Shown piece after piece: positions 42,430-56,500 of a DNA stretch of 64,000 nt. The first letter of the stretch is position 1. The number at the start of each line of letters is the position of its first letter. This DNA is from Camelus ferus (lineage: Eukaryota), in the NCBI RefSeq assembly GCF_009834535.1, contig NC_045696.1, forward strand, positions 60,452,001 through 60,516,000. Direction: 5' to 3'. The notes beneath the pieces are model-generated. The model searched no databases. It saw only the letters and a list, made by a program, of their open reading frames with translations, and was not told the DNA's origin. The translations under genes and the position numbers were made by a program.

Positions 42430-44805
42430 TCAACAAAGGTCTAGTAATTATGTAAAAGAACCACATGGAAATTCTGAAGTTGAAGAGCACAATAAGTAAA
42501 ACAAAAAATTTACTACAAGATTCAAGATGGCAGAAGAAAATCAATGACCTTGAAGATACATCAGTAGAAACTATCTAATCTGAAGAACAGGGAGAAAAAA
42601 ATGTTCAAGAAAATTAAATAGTCTCAGAGACCAACTTACCAACATTTCTGGAGTCCCAGAGAAGACGAAAGAAAGTAAGGGCAGGAAAATAATTTTTTTA
42701 ATAGAACACCAAACAAAAAACTTCCCTTCAAAGTTAAATGAATCTCAAGTAGGATAATAACAAAGAGACACACCTAGACACATCACAGTCCAACTGCTAA
42801 AAACAAACACAAGGAGAAAAATCACGCAAGCATAGAGAGAAAAATTACTCAGCTTGTGAGGGAACCATACATGATTAACAGTTGAATTTCAATCTGAAAC
42901 AATAGACGCCAGAAGACAGTGGGATCACATTCTCAAAGGACTAAAAGAAAAAAGCTGTCAACCAAGAAAGCAGCAGAATTACCCTTCAAAACTGAAGGCA
43001 TAGTAAACAGTTTCAGATGAACAAAGACTGAGAGAATTTTTTGTTAGCAGACTTGCTGTATAAGAAATACCAAAAGGAAGTCCATCAAGCTGAAAGGAAA
43101 TGACACCAGACTTAAATACACAGAAAAAAAGAACACCAGAGATAGTAAATACATGGGTTAAACTAAAAGACTCCATAAACATATTTTTCTCACTTCTCTT
43201 AACATCTTTAAAAGACATTAGAATGTAGAAAGCAGTGATTATAACATTGTATTGCTGGTCTACAGCATATATAGATACAATATATTTAATGACAGCAGCA
43301 CATGAGAAGAAAGAGAAAATGGAAGCTATATTGGAGCAAAGTTTCTATATTTTACTGATACTGACTTAATGTTTACTATTAAGCAGATTGTTAAAATGCA
43401 TAATGTAAGCACCACAGCAACCACAAAGTATCTTAAATTATGTTTGGAAAAGAAATCAACAAAGTAATTAATATGGCACAGTAAAAAATATTCAATACAA
43501 AAGGAGGCAGTAAAGGAAGCACAGAGAAACAAAAGCCATAAGAGACATATATAAAACAAATGGCAAAATGGCAAACATAAATTCAACCATGTCCATAATA
43601 AAGTGTGAATGTCTAAACAGCCCAATGGAAAGGCAGAAACTTTCAGACTGGACAAAAAGTAAGATTCAACTATATGCTGTGAACAAGAGACACACTTTAC
43701 ATTCAAGACTGAAAGTAAAAAGATGGGGAAAAAGGATATACTATGGAAAAGGTAACCATAAGAGAGCTGGAGTGATTATACAAATATTAGACAAAACAGA
43801 CTTTAATACAAATACTACTGGAGATAAAAAAAAGATATTTCATAATGACAGTAATAAAGAGCCCAAAAATAATAAAGCAATAAGTAACATTACTAAAAAG
43901 AAAAACAGAAAATTCAACAATTATACTTGGAGATTCTGATGCCCCACTCTAAATAATTCATAGAATAACTAGACAGAAAATTAATAAAGATATAGGAAAC
44001 CTGAATCACACTCTCCACCAACTAGACCTAACTGGTATATACAGAAACTCCAGCAAACAACAGAATACCTATTGTTTTCAAGCACATATGGAACATTCTG
44101 CAGTACAGATCAAATGCTAGGGCATTAAACAAGCCTTACAAGTCATACGAAGTACATTCTCTAACCACAAAACAATTAGATTAGATATCAACTAAATTAG
44201 CAACTGGAAAATTCTCAAGTGTCTAAAATTAAACCTCACAATTCTGAGTAATACATGGGTCAAAGAAGAAATTAAAAGATAAGTTAGAGAATATTTTTAA
44301 TGGAATGAAAACAAAACAAATATAACAAAATTTATGGGGATGCAGCTAAAGAAGTACTTTGAAGGAATTGTATAACTTTAAATATATTTGAAAAAAAAAG
44401 AGGAGTCTCAAATCAATGACATGAGCCTCCACTTTAATAAGCCAGTAAAAGAGCAAACTAAACTATAAAGCAAGCTGGAAAGAGAAAGAGAAAAACAAAA
44501 AACTAGAGAGAAATGTGGTTCTTTTAAAAAGATCAACAAAATTTGCAAACTTTTAGGTAGACTGACCAACAACAAAGAGAAAAAATACAAATTATCAGAA
44601 TCAGGAATGAAAGAAGGGATATTATTACTGACTTGACAAAAAAGAACTATAAGGGAAGGAATATTATAAACAAATATATGCCAACAAATTAAATGACTTC
44701 TATGAAATTCCTAACAAGACATACATTGCTGACACATAAGCTGATTAAAGAGGGAATCAGAAAAATCTGAATATAACTAAATTAGTATTTAAAAGTCCAC
44801 AAAGA

Positions 44806-45190
44806 CCTAGAGATTATCATACTAAGTGAAGTCAGAGAGAGAAAGACAAATATCATATGATATCACTTACATGTGAAATTAAAAAAAAATCACACAAATA
44901 AACTTATTTACAAAACAGAAAGAGACTCACAGACATAGAAAACAAACTTAGGGTTACCAAAAGGGAAGGTAGAGGGGAATAAATTGGGAGTTTGGGATTA
45001 GCAGATACAACTACTATATACAGAATAGATAAATAACAAGGTCCTACTGAACAGCACAGGGAACTATATTCAATAGCTTGTAATAACTTATAATTAAAAA
45101 AATGAAAAGAATATGTATAACTGAATCACTATGCTGTACACCAGACGCTAAATCAATTATACTTCAATTAAGAAAAAATTTTTTAAAGAA
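44806..45190 (+). mobile_element. Younger L1 3' end nested in the older L1
   Basis: L1 ORF2 end and 3'UTR (aacagcacagggaactatattcaat); direct repeat ccacaaaga at 44797-44805 and 45195-45203. Confidence 0.82.
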
Positions 45191-46533
45191 CTTCCCACAA
45201 AGAAATGGCTTCACTGATGAATTTGATCAAGTATTTAAGGGAAGAAATACCAATCCTTCACAAACTCCTTCACAAAACAGAGGAAGAGAATATTCTTTGC
45301 AACTCAATCTATGAAGCCAAAAGTTTCTTTGATATAAAGACATCATATGAAAACTCTACTCCAATGTCTCTCATAAACACAGATAAAAAAATCCTCAAAA
45401 AATCCTTATAAAGTATTAGCAAACTGAACCTAGCAACAGATTAAAAAAGGACTATATACACATCAAGACCAAGTAATATTTACCCCATAAATGCAAAGGT
45501 GGTTTAACATCTGGAAATCAGTTAATGTAATACAGCATATTAAGAGAATAAAGGACAAAAACCACATGGTTATTTCAATAAACAAAGAAGAAAAGCACTC
45601 AACAAAATCCAACAACCATTCATGATAAAAACTCTCAACAAACTAACACTAGAAGAGAACTTCTTCAAACTGATAAAAAAATAACCAACTAGTATCATGC
45701 TTAATGGTTAAACACTGAATGTTTTCCTCCTAAAAATCAGGATGCCCATTTTTACTGCTTCTGTTCAACACTGTACTTTAGGTTCTAGCTAGTAAAATAA
45801 AGTATGCAAAAATACATACATACGTACATACATACAGCAACTAAGGGCATCAAGATTAGAAAAGAAGAAATAAAACTGCCCTTATTCTCTAGTGATATGA
45901 TCTCATACGTAGAAATTTCCCAACGAATCCACAAAAAAATCTATTAGAACTAGGAAGTTCAGTAAGGTCACAAGATAGTAGATCAACAGACACAAATCAA
46001 TAGTATTTCTATAGTGAAATGACAGCTTTATCATCATATCTTCCTATTGAAAATTTGAGTTGATTTAAATTTTCTTATTATCCCTCAGTAGAGTTTTGAA
46101 ATTTTTTTCAAGTAGACTTCTCCCAGGCATTTTATCTTTTTAGTTGCTTACTGTGTATATATACCTCTTCTTCATTAGTCCTAATTTTACAATTTATATT
46201 AAAATATCATTTATGTATAATTGATTTTATAAGCACTTCCTTTATTGAATTCTTTCAAAACTACCAGTACAAAAAGTAAGTATGCAGATGAATTGAATAG
46301 AACTGATTTCAAAAACAGGACCCCCCCCCAAAACAAACATGGAAATTTAATATATGATAAATGTGGCATTTCAAATATGTAGAAAAGAAATGCATCATTC
46401 AATAACCGGAATGGGGACAACCAGTTAGTCATCTGGGAAAAGGTAAAGCTGCTCTCTACATTTACTTGCTTATACCAAAATCCAATATAAATCAAGATTT
46501 TAAACAATTTAAACCAATTTAAAAAGTAATAGA

Positions 46534-46675
46534 GGGGGGAATGGTATAGCTCAGTGGGAGAGTATGTGCTTAGCATGCATGAGGTCCTGGGTTCAATCCC
46601 CAGTAACTCCATTAAAAAATATATATATATATAAACAAACCTAATTACCTCTTCCACTTAAAAAAAAAATGCTTT
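46534..46675 (+). mobile_element. tRNA-derived SINE (Vic-1-like)
   Basis: A and B boxes, tail with aaacctaattacc motif; TSD aagtaataga at 46524-46533 and 46676-46685. Confidence 0.9.
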
Positions 46676-47633
46676 AAGTAATAGAACACCTGTTAACTTT
46701 TTTCAAGTACCATAGTTCACGGAATCTAAAACTATCAACTGTAAGGTACACAACTATTTTATGTCACTAAGGAAAAAATTATGCCAAACTATGACAAACC
46801 AGCAATTCACGTCAGAGATGTTATAATGTGGAGGAAAAAGTGAGTCTGACAATCAGCGGTGAAGACCTTTTAAACCTTACAGAGGAAATCCCCCCACCCA
46901 TGGCCATGAAGAAAAAGATCACTAAATTCAACTATACAAAGTTAAAATGTCTACAAAGCAGAAACAAAATCAAAAGAAGAGCAAAAACTGAGTGAAAACA
47001 ATTTACCTAACATGTGACCTAAGAAATCACTGAAAATACATATATGGTCAATGATAAAGGAAAAAAAAAATGTTCAAACTTGTAATGAAGTTTTGAAAAG
47101 CAATACTAAACAATAAAAAACTGACACATATTAAAATGTTTGACCCTAACTAGTATTATCAAAGAGATAAAGAGATTCTCATTTTCCTAGACTACTGATA
47201 CTGGGGCAATCTTCTTAGTTGTGCAGTTTGACTACCAAATTATTAAATATACACACTTTTTGACCTAACAATTTTTCCCTTACGAATTTATACTGCAAAC
47301 ATATTTTTAAATATGTGCAAAGATATATCCAAGATTATTCATTATATTCCCATTTATCACTGCAAAAAAACTAAAAACCTAAATATTTACAAATAGGAGG
47401 CTAGTTAAAATAATTACGGTACATCCAAATAGTGAATACTATACAGAATGCAATGAAAAGGAATGATATGCAAAGATACAGAGGTTAACAACAAAAGCAT
47501 GCTGCTAAACAGATATGATGTGATCTCATTTGTATAAAGATTATATAAATATAGGTATACATATAAATGTTCGTATATGCATGGCAAATGTCTGGAAGAA
47601 TATACACACACATGAATATTAACAGTGAATGGT

Positions 47634-47781
47634 GGGGGAGGGTGCAGCTCAAGTGGTAAAGCACATACTTAGCATGCATGAGGTCCTAGGTTCAAACCCC
47701 AGGACCTCCTCATAAAATAAATAAATAAATAAACCTAATTACCACCTCCATCAACAAAAAATTAAATTAAATTTAAAAACA
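47634..47781 (+). mobile_element. tRNA-derived SINE (Vic-1-like)
   Basis: A and B boxes, (taaa)n tail; TSD aacagtgaatgg at 47621-47632 and 47782-47793. Confidence 0.9.
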
Positions 47782-48211
47782 AACAGTGAATGGGAATAAG
47801 CTTTTTTTTTTTTTACATTATAACATTCTCTACTGCTTAAGTGTATATTCCTCCTAAAATAAACTTAGTAAGAGTAAGAAATGTTAAAGGAAATCATAAA
47901 ATATAGCCACTGAACCTGCTAATATTTTTACATCCTCACTTTAAAAGAATCCTCATCCTATAGATAGGTCTTCATCCTATGGAACTAATAACATTAATTC
48001 TTTTCAATGTATAGACGTTCATATCTATATATAATGATATCACGCTATCTGTATATAACATTCATGCTATATAGAGGTATAAAGGAAAAGGGAATTGTCC
48101 AGTAAATGCAGAGTATTATCCGACAGTTGAGATATGCATGTTCATTTTCAAGTATATGGGCATCTATCACAGGTAAAAACTAAAGACTGAGTAAAAACAG
48201 TGTTGAATTAC

Positions 48212-48292
48212 CTCTATAAAACATATCAGGCAAATGCCCATCCCGCCAGATCACTTGGTCGAATCTCCAAGCTGTTGATTCCTTCCTCTATC
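48212..48292 (-). other. ZNF148: ZNF148 non-coding 5'UTR exon (81 nt)
   Basis: Bounded by tacttttatag|GATAGAGG and TAGAG|gtaatt; more GC-rich, with CpGs, than its AT-rich flanks; size and position agree with my recollection of the human exon structure. Confidence 0.8.
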
Positions 48293-51200
48293 CTATAAAA
48301 GTACAAAAATACAGGTTATCTCCAACCAAAAATCAGGATTAGATATATTCTTAAAGCCAGGTAAAATATTTGTATCTAAATGTGCTAAACCTGACAAAAT
48401 TCCTTCTATGATAGATACTGTTGGATTAAATAAAATTAATAACAACTAACAGTTCAACTATAATGACCCATCAGTGCTAAATGATATCATGAAGGTAAGA
48501 AATGACCCAGACAGTAACTGGACTTCTTCAAATTTAACTTACAGTTGAGGATTAGGATTTCTTTACTATCAGGGCAATAACTTAGAATTATCCTAAACAA
48601 CTTAAAACAGGAAAGAGGACACAAAATGTACTTCATTAAAATCATATGTTGATGTTCTCAATTACTCAAATAGTACCACATCCTGATGAAATCCCACAGT
48701 AACATTTTCCTCAGCTCAAAAATCTACTTATATTAATACAGTTTTTGAAAATACAAAAATATTAAGTACTTAAAATTTTCAGAGCAAAAGTATTTAATAA
48801 TGCTAAAATGGTCCATAGATATTTTTTAAATGTCATGCTATAATCAACCTTTTAGCAGAGACTAATTGGACACATTAGTTCAATGTGTTGGTATTGGTAA
48901 CACCCTGTGTTGGTATTGCATTGACATTGGACACATATAATTTTCTTCCTGCAACTGGGATATTTTTTCCTGGTATATGAAATGGAGGTAAATAGAGAGT
49001 GAAAGCTAAAATTTTATTAGAAGCAAAGAATATGCCAAATATAATTTTTATTCAGAAATAATAAAACATTTTATATAACAGCCCTAATATATCTTGGGGG
49101 CTCAATAAATATCTTGTAAATCAATAAAAGCTATAAATGTAAAAGCAGAACAATTAAAGAAACTTTAAATCTGCAGGAAATAACCAAGTATATTAACTCA
49201 AAGTTGTGTCTACACAATTTTATCAAGGGATTACAAACACTACAGCCTTTCTTGATAATTCAGCATTTTCTAGTCCTTAGCCAGTCAGTAGCTTGTTGCC
49301 CAACTAGTTACAAACAAAAAATCTATTTTAAAATAATTTATTTCTACTAAGCTCTTAATTGCCTGCTTCAAAGTTTTGTTTCCAAGCATTCAAAAGAGAT
49401 ATATGCCATTCCTCTCAATTATGTAAAACTACTTTTAAATATGTATTTCTGTAGCTTTACTGTCAAAAAGATAGTAAAAAATCATACTACTGTGGTTGAG
49501 TCTTTTAAAGTTGACTGGATATATCTAGTCCACAATCAAGACATTACTACTTATGTCACCACATAATAATAGCAACATCTTCAGCTGGACAAATGTTTTC
49601 AAAATGTTAATATTCCATTGAAAACATATTCACAAAAAGTGTACTCACCTTCTTGCATCATTTTTTATTGAAAGCCCTAAATTAAGGCTGTCATACATCA
49701 AAGACTATAACTAGATACATTAAAAGATAAGGAAACAAAAATAAAATAGTGAAGCAAGAAGGAAAAGGAAACATGCCTTACTCCCACATACACACATCCC
49801 CCACATGCACAAAATAATATAACCTCAAATTCTAAATCTATAAACAGAAGTTTTGGAATATCTTTCCTATCACTTGTCCTCTACCATGGAAATTCACAAC
49901 TTCCCCTAACTCACCTGCCACATAGTCTCTGTCTCTGGAACCCTAATTCGTTTAGCATCATCTACCAATTTTATTTCTCCTTCCAAGCCTCTATCCCTCT
50001 TTCTCCTTTAGCACTCCTCTCCATCAAAAATGGGGAGAAGAAAATAACCTACCAGGCTGGAAACTAAGACCAAGTACAAAAAGAAAGTCATAAAGTTACT
50101 TGGACAACCACCCAATGATCAGCTAAGATCTTCCTCTTTCCCAGTCCCAATTTCCCTACTTCAGGAGTTAGTGAATACACCTGCTTAGCAATTCCTCTGG
50201 TTTAAGATTGTGCTGGCTAATTATTCCTTGATTACAATCACTTGTGCAGGTATACTCACATTAAGACAAAACATATATTAAGAAAGAAAATAAATGAAAT
50301 ACTTTGCAGGGACCTTAGCTACAATCCTTCCATTAGTTTTGATAGACTAACAGCATTTCACTGTATTTACTGGCATGTAGTCTGATCCATTCATTAGGCC
50401 AACATTTTTGTCATTAACTGAGTCAACATTTTTGATCACCTGATAAGTATATAACACACTACATAAGGTTCCTAAGACAGGCATAAAACACCATGGTCTC
50501 TGCCCAAAGGAGTTCATAATTTAGCAAGGATGGTAAATAAACATACAACAAATAATGTTTGCAATGATAATGTAATGTGTTAAGTGCTATAATTAAAGTT
50601 TGAGCAATTTATCATAGGAAAATCAAAGCAACAATCAATTAATTCTCCCTTTGTTACCTTTCCAAAAGAAAAGGAAAAAGTGATTTTTTAACATTGATTC
50701 CACATTTTAGAATGCAATAAATACCACAAGCTTTGTACTTTGCTCAGCAGTGCTCCTAGGTCTTTGCAGATATTAACTTAACTTAGTCCAAACAACAAAC
50801 CTACGAGATTGGTGCTATTATTATTCACACTTTAAGGGAGAGAAAACTGAAGGGTTATAAAACTTACCAGAGGTTATAAAACTAGTAAGTGGCAGAACCA
50901 AGGTCTTCATAATGATCTACAAGGCCCTCCACAATCTACTGTGCTATCCTCTCCTCCTCCTCATCATCACTACCACTACCAGCACCACAGCTTAAGAATC
51001 TGAGAGGAAAAATGCTTAAAGTCCTTTAGCATCTTTTAACTAGATCATATTTTAATTAATCAAGTTCTGCTTTTACATTACTTCTTACTTTTGTGATTTA
51101 GTAAGCTTTCTGAATGATGCTTTAAAAAAAAGGTGAAGAAAAAAAGTTTCTTCCAGGAACAGATTTCTATGAATATGGTTAGAATTTCTATACAGTAACA

Positions 51201-51989
51201 AAGCATAGACATATGTGTCCTTTTAATTTACACTACTTGCTCTGAGAATTAAAGTTGTTAGAACTCTATCTGAATGATGGTCTCAGAGTATACTTTTCAC
51301 AACCAGATCTATCCAAAGGAGGAATGACAGCCTCCAAAATTCAAACCAACCATCCCAGTATCTGCGCTAACCAGGTTTTTTCACAACCATTTTCCATGTT
51401 TACTTTCACCAAAAATTAATTATATTTCATAATTAATGTAATTAATCAACTTGGTTAAGAAAGAAAATCCTACAAAGGGGTAATAAGATAAATTCTTAAA
51501 AAATAGTTGACCAAAGTGAGTAAAATAAAGCCACCAACTGAGACTACTCACTTTCCCTTGGCTTTTTCAAATCACCTATGCAGTAAACATTTGTCAAATA
51601 AGAAACTAACTCTACCCACGTTAGAAAATACAACAGTAAGCATTTTTAGAAAATCCTTAGACTATAAATCACTAAAATGACTGAACTAACCTTTAAATCC
51701 AAATCACCTGTTGAGGAAAGACACCTCCCCAAAGCTAACCCTTTCACAGTCAGGATGATAAACTATCAAGCAACTATGTAATCCTTTCCCAAAGTCACTA
51801 ACAGAAACTAGTTTTTAAGAGTAGTAAACCACTAAAATCAAGGAAAAGCTGCTTTATTTTTATAGGAATTTTTACTGAATACTTATCAATTTTGTAAATA
51901 ATCATAAAATATTTTGCACTATTATGATCAACATTACTAACGCGAATTTTTAAAAGATCTCAAAGATGTTACAAGCACGCTCTGACAAA

Positions 51990-52205
51990 GTACTTCACAG
52001 TTTACAAAGTGCTTTCATCTGTCACATTGCATGTGCCTCCCCCCTGCAATTACCTAAACAGGTATTATTGTTTGTCTCCATTCTACAGATGATGAAACTG
52101 AGGTTTAAGAGGTTAAGTACCCAAGGTTATACAACACCAAAGTGTCAAGGCAAAGACTTCAACCAGATCATCTGCCTCCAAATAAAAGTCTACTTCAACA
52201 CAGCA
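51990..52205. mobile_element. MIR
   Basis: Core ccattctacagatgatgaaactgaggtttaagaggttaagt...cccaaggt. Confidence 0.78.
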
Positions 52206-53509
52206 CAACAAGAAAGGTCATTCCCAAGTTAAAATATATTTAATGTTACTCTTAGCAATATTCCGGGAGTCAGAAAAAAAACCAAACATCTTTGAAGTAA
52301 GGATAAGATCAATGAATGTAAAATTTAAAATTAAAATTCTACCTACAATAAAAGTCACCATGTAAATAAATAAGAAATTAAATTTATCTGATTTTTATAA
52401 CAAAAGTTATCCTACTATAATAACTAAGGGAACCCTAGAAAATATTATAGGAATATCCATTTAAAAATTAAAGGTTAACGATTTAAATTTGATTTTTTAA
52501 GTGTCAATTCTTTATGAACAAATACATATTAAAACATTGTTAAAAACCAAAGATAACAAGAGTGAACTGAAATTGCTACTTCCAATATGAAATATAATTA
52601 CTCATTTAAGAACATGCAAGTAGTCCGTAAAAAAGCTAATTCATCATTTGATAATTTTACCTTATTCAATACCAGAATTAATTAGTCATTCTTATTTCCT
52701 CTGTCTAGAACATATGCCCGGAATTACATAAGGCATTAGACACAATGTAGAAGTGTGACCATACATAAAAGAAATGGTTTTAATCTGATTAGGAATCTGA
52801 GATTTGCCATCAATCAGAGAACACCTTAAGAAGTGGCTGCAAAGGAGCCCAGTGATTTCTCTATAACTGCAATAACTATATTAAGTTTGAATAACTCATG
52901 AAATATATTAGTGAGTTTTTTTTTCAACAGTAGTAGTTGATTTAATGAGCTAGCTCATCATTTAGAAACCCTAGCATCTATTAACATAGAACGGACATTT
53001 TCTTATTTGGGGCCAATTTACTCTCAATTAAAAAACTAGGAATGTAAAAGCAAGATATTTTATCTTACCTTTCCTTTTCTACCTATGAATTAAGATTAAA
53101 TTGGATGCACAATACAAGATTTTCAATATTGTTTTAAAAAATGTTTATTAAAATATTATGTATTACTAGAATTGTTAAACATCTTAAATACAAATAATCC
53201 ATTAAATAAACACATCTTTGAAGAAAATACCCAGAATTCACAATTTCATTTTTATTAAACTACATTACAAAATTCTATTTATGTGATAGAAGCTTAGTAA
53301 AATAGCATTCATCTTTTCCCTGGCACCCTCTTGAACTAGCTGACTACCTTCCAAAAACTTCCTAGGTGTCCAATACTGTGGTTTATAATTGAAGCAAACA
53401 TTTATATAGCGCTTAAAAGTTCACAAAGCACATGGCCATAAACCATTATTTGCAAAGCTGAAATAACCCACTGGGTGGAGATTATGCAAGTTCACAAAAA
53501 TTAAGGGAC

Positions 53510-56500
53510 TTTAACTTCCAGTCTAGATAAGAAGGCCTAAATCTGTTTTTCCCTGCCCCTCTTCACCAAGCACAAGTATAAACCATGGAAATAACACAAG
53601 GGACAACCAAAAGAAAATTATGAAAATTGGTAAGAAGGAAGCTAAACAGTTTGGGACTCCAAGAGAGAAACAGAAAAGCAGGAGAGTGTTTTATATCCCA
53701 ACACCCATCAGAAGGCGGCAATCCAGACTGGCATTTCCCGACCACCAATTCAGCAACAGAAGGTAAACAAGAGCCACACTCCTCCCCGAAATTAAAAAGG
53801 AGTCTCTGTGCAGTATTAAGCAAGAAGATCAACTGGAAGCCCAGCCAAAAACAAAGACCAGGAGAAGCAACTCTTCCTTCCTCACGTGACCTGAAACTTC
53901 CGTTTTCCACCTAGAAATACAGAGACAAATGGGCAAAACTCAGGGACCCAACTTGGCCAACAAGCAGCTGTTTGGGCCAAGATTCTCCTTCCTCACCCAG
54001 AAACAAAGGGACAAGGAAGAATCGGAGGATGAGGATGGGTACCAGTAGGAGGATCCCACAATAATCCTCTCTCTTGAAGAGACATCCAGGAGCTTGGTAG
54101 GGAAAAATGCCTTCTACTCCCTCAGGCAGAACCAGGAAGGACCAGTGGGAGCCCCAGCAGCATCAGATAAATCAAGTCAACCATAAAGGCTCTGAAAATT
54201 AAACTGCCATTAGAACCAAAGCTCACAAAAGTGAGCCAAGACCTGCATGCTAAACCTAAATAGGGTGACTGCATGCTAAAATTAAAAATATTAAGGGCCC
54301 ACAGCTTCCTAACATAATATATAACATAGAAAATGACATAAGAAAATCACAACATGAGTGAGAAAAGATAATCAACCAAGGCCAATACAGAGATGAATCA
54401 GATGCTGTAACTATTTTTTAAAAATTCTAAAGTACCATAATACAAAATGTTTTAGCAATTATAAATTCTCCCAAAATAAGTGAAAAAATGGAAAATCTTA
54501 GCAAAGAAAGAGAAGTTATAAAAAAAGAAGCAAAAGGAAGTAACAGAACTAAAATTACAATAACAGAAACTTTAAAACTTGCTGGATAGGCTCAATACAA
54601 ACATGGAGTTAGCAGGGGTGAGAATCACTGAATTTGAGGATAGAAAAATAGAATTAGCCCAATCTGAAAAACAAAGACTGAAAAAAAAAAAAACTAAGAG
54701 TCTTAGAGAACTGTGGGGCAGTAACAAAAGATCCAATGTTAATATCACTGGAGTCCCAGAAAGAAGAGAGAGGGGACGATACAGTATTTGAAGAAATGAT
54801 GGCTGAAAATTTCTCAACTGTGACAAATACAAACTTACAGATCCAAAACACTGAGCAAACCCCAAACAAGATAAACCCAAATAAATTTACACCAGGACAC
54901 ACCATAGCTAAATGCTCAAGAACTAAAAAAACAAAGAAAAAACTATGAAGGTGGCCAGACAGAAACAATGTATTATCTGTTACGGAACCGCAATTAAAAT
55001 AACACCAGATTTCTCATCCCAAATATAGAGGCCAAAAATAGTGGCAGAATGTATTTTAAATAATGGTGGGGGGGGGTACACTACCAACCAAGAATTCTAT
55101 ACCCACTGAAACTACTCTTCAGGAATGTCTTAGTCTGTTCAGGCTGCTATAACAAAATACCACAGAACAGGTGGTTTATAAACAACAGAAATTTACTTCT
55201 CACAGTTATGGAGGCTAGAAGTTCAAGATCAGGGTGCCAGCATAGCATCTCTTCCAGGTTGCAGACTTCTCTTTGTATTCTCATATGGCAGAAAAGGGAC
55301 AAGTGAGCCTTCTTGGGGGCCTCTTTTGTAACAGCACTAATCCCATTCATGAGGGCTCCCCACTCATGATCTAACAACCTTCCAAAGGACCCAACTCCAA
55401 AATACCATTACATGGGGCATTAGGATTTCAACATTTAAATTTTAGGGGAATACATTCAGGTCACAGCAAGGAACAAAGGAAGAAAAATTCAAAACATCCT
55501 CAAAAGAAGAAAAACTAAAAGAATATGCCACAAGCAATCCTACCTGTAAAGACTGGCTAAAGTTTTCCAAACAAGAAAAAGAATAGAAATATGGATATAC
55601 ATAACAGACTATTTTTCCATCATTAGTTTTACAGATGACATTTAATGACTGAAAAAAAAATTATACTACTAATACTAAAAACAATTATATTTAAAAGTCA
55701 AGAAAGTAAAGGTAAAAGAGAAGTGAAGTTACCACACTTGAGTCGAAATAGAAAATACTGATACCAGGAGACTGTTATAAGTCACATATACATTAAGTAA
55801 TAACTACAACCACCACTATAAAAACTATAGCAAGACAGACTTAGAAACATTATAAATCTTTCACAAATTACAGAAGATGGAATCCTAAAAAATGTTCTCA
55901 TAATCTACAGGAAGGCAAGAAAAAGAACAAAAAATGAAAATCAGAGAAAATAAACAAAACATAAATAATAAAATGACAGACTTAAATGTTAATATATATC
56001 AATAATTACCATAAGTGCAGCTGGTCTAAATAGACCAATCAAGAAAGACTGGCAGAGCGGAATTTTTTAAATGGCTATATGCTGCTAACTATAAAATTAG
56101 TAACACACATTGAAAGAAGAAGAATGGAAAAGCTATGAGAATATTTATTTTTTAAGCAGAAAGGCTACACTATTAACAACCGACAGGGTCAGCTTGATGT
56201 ATATAGACGACTACACCCAACAACAGCAGAATACATATTTCTTTTCAAGCACCCCTAGAACACTCACCAAGACAGATCATATTCTGGGCCATAAAACAAA
56301 CCTCAGCAAGTCTAAAAGAACTAAAATAATACAAAGTACATTTTTTGACCACAACGGATTCAAACTAGAAATTAGTAACAGAAAGACAACTGAAAAATCT
56401 CTGAACACACAAGGATAAACACACTTTTTAAAAGTCCATAGGTCAAAGAGGAAATCTCAAAGAGAAAAAAATTTAAATATATACATAAAAATGAAAACAA

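Larger units (their letters stand above)
42200..46010 (+). mobile_element. Old L1 with ORF1 and ORF2 remnants
   Basis: ORF1-like segment ~42450-43080, ORF2 start near 43570 (ataagagagctggagtg...ttagacaaaacagactt), RT-region remnants to ~46000. Confidence 0.8.

Noticed and set aside
46534..46610. tRNA gene-like A/B boxes here and at the other four copies
   Set aside because: Degenerate copies followed by A-rich tails, mostly with TSDs, so SINEs rather than tRNA genes.
48884..48935. Short direct repeats (tgtgttggtattg twice) suggesting an array
   Set aside because: Only two copies; ordinary local slippage, not CRISPR-like or satellite.
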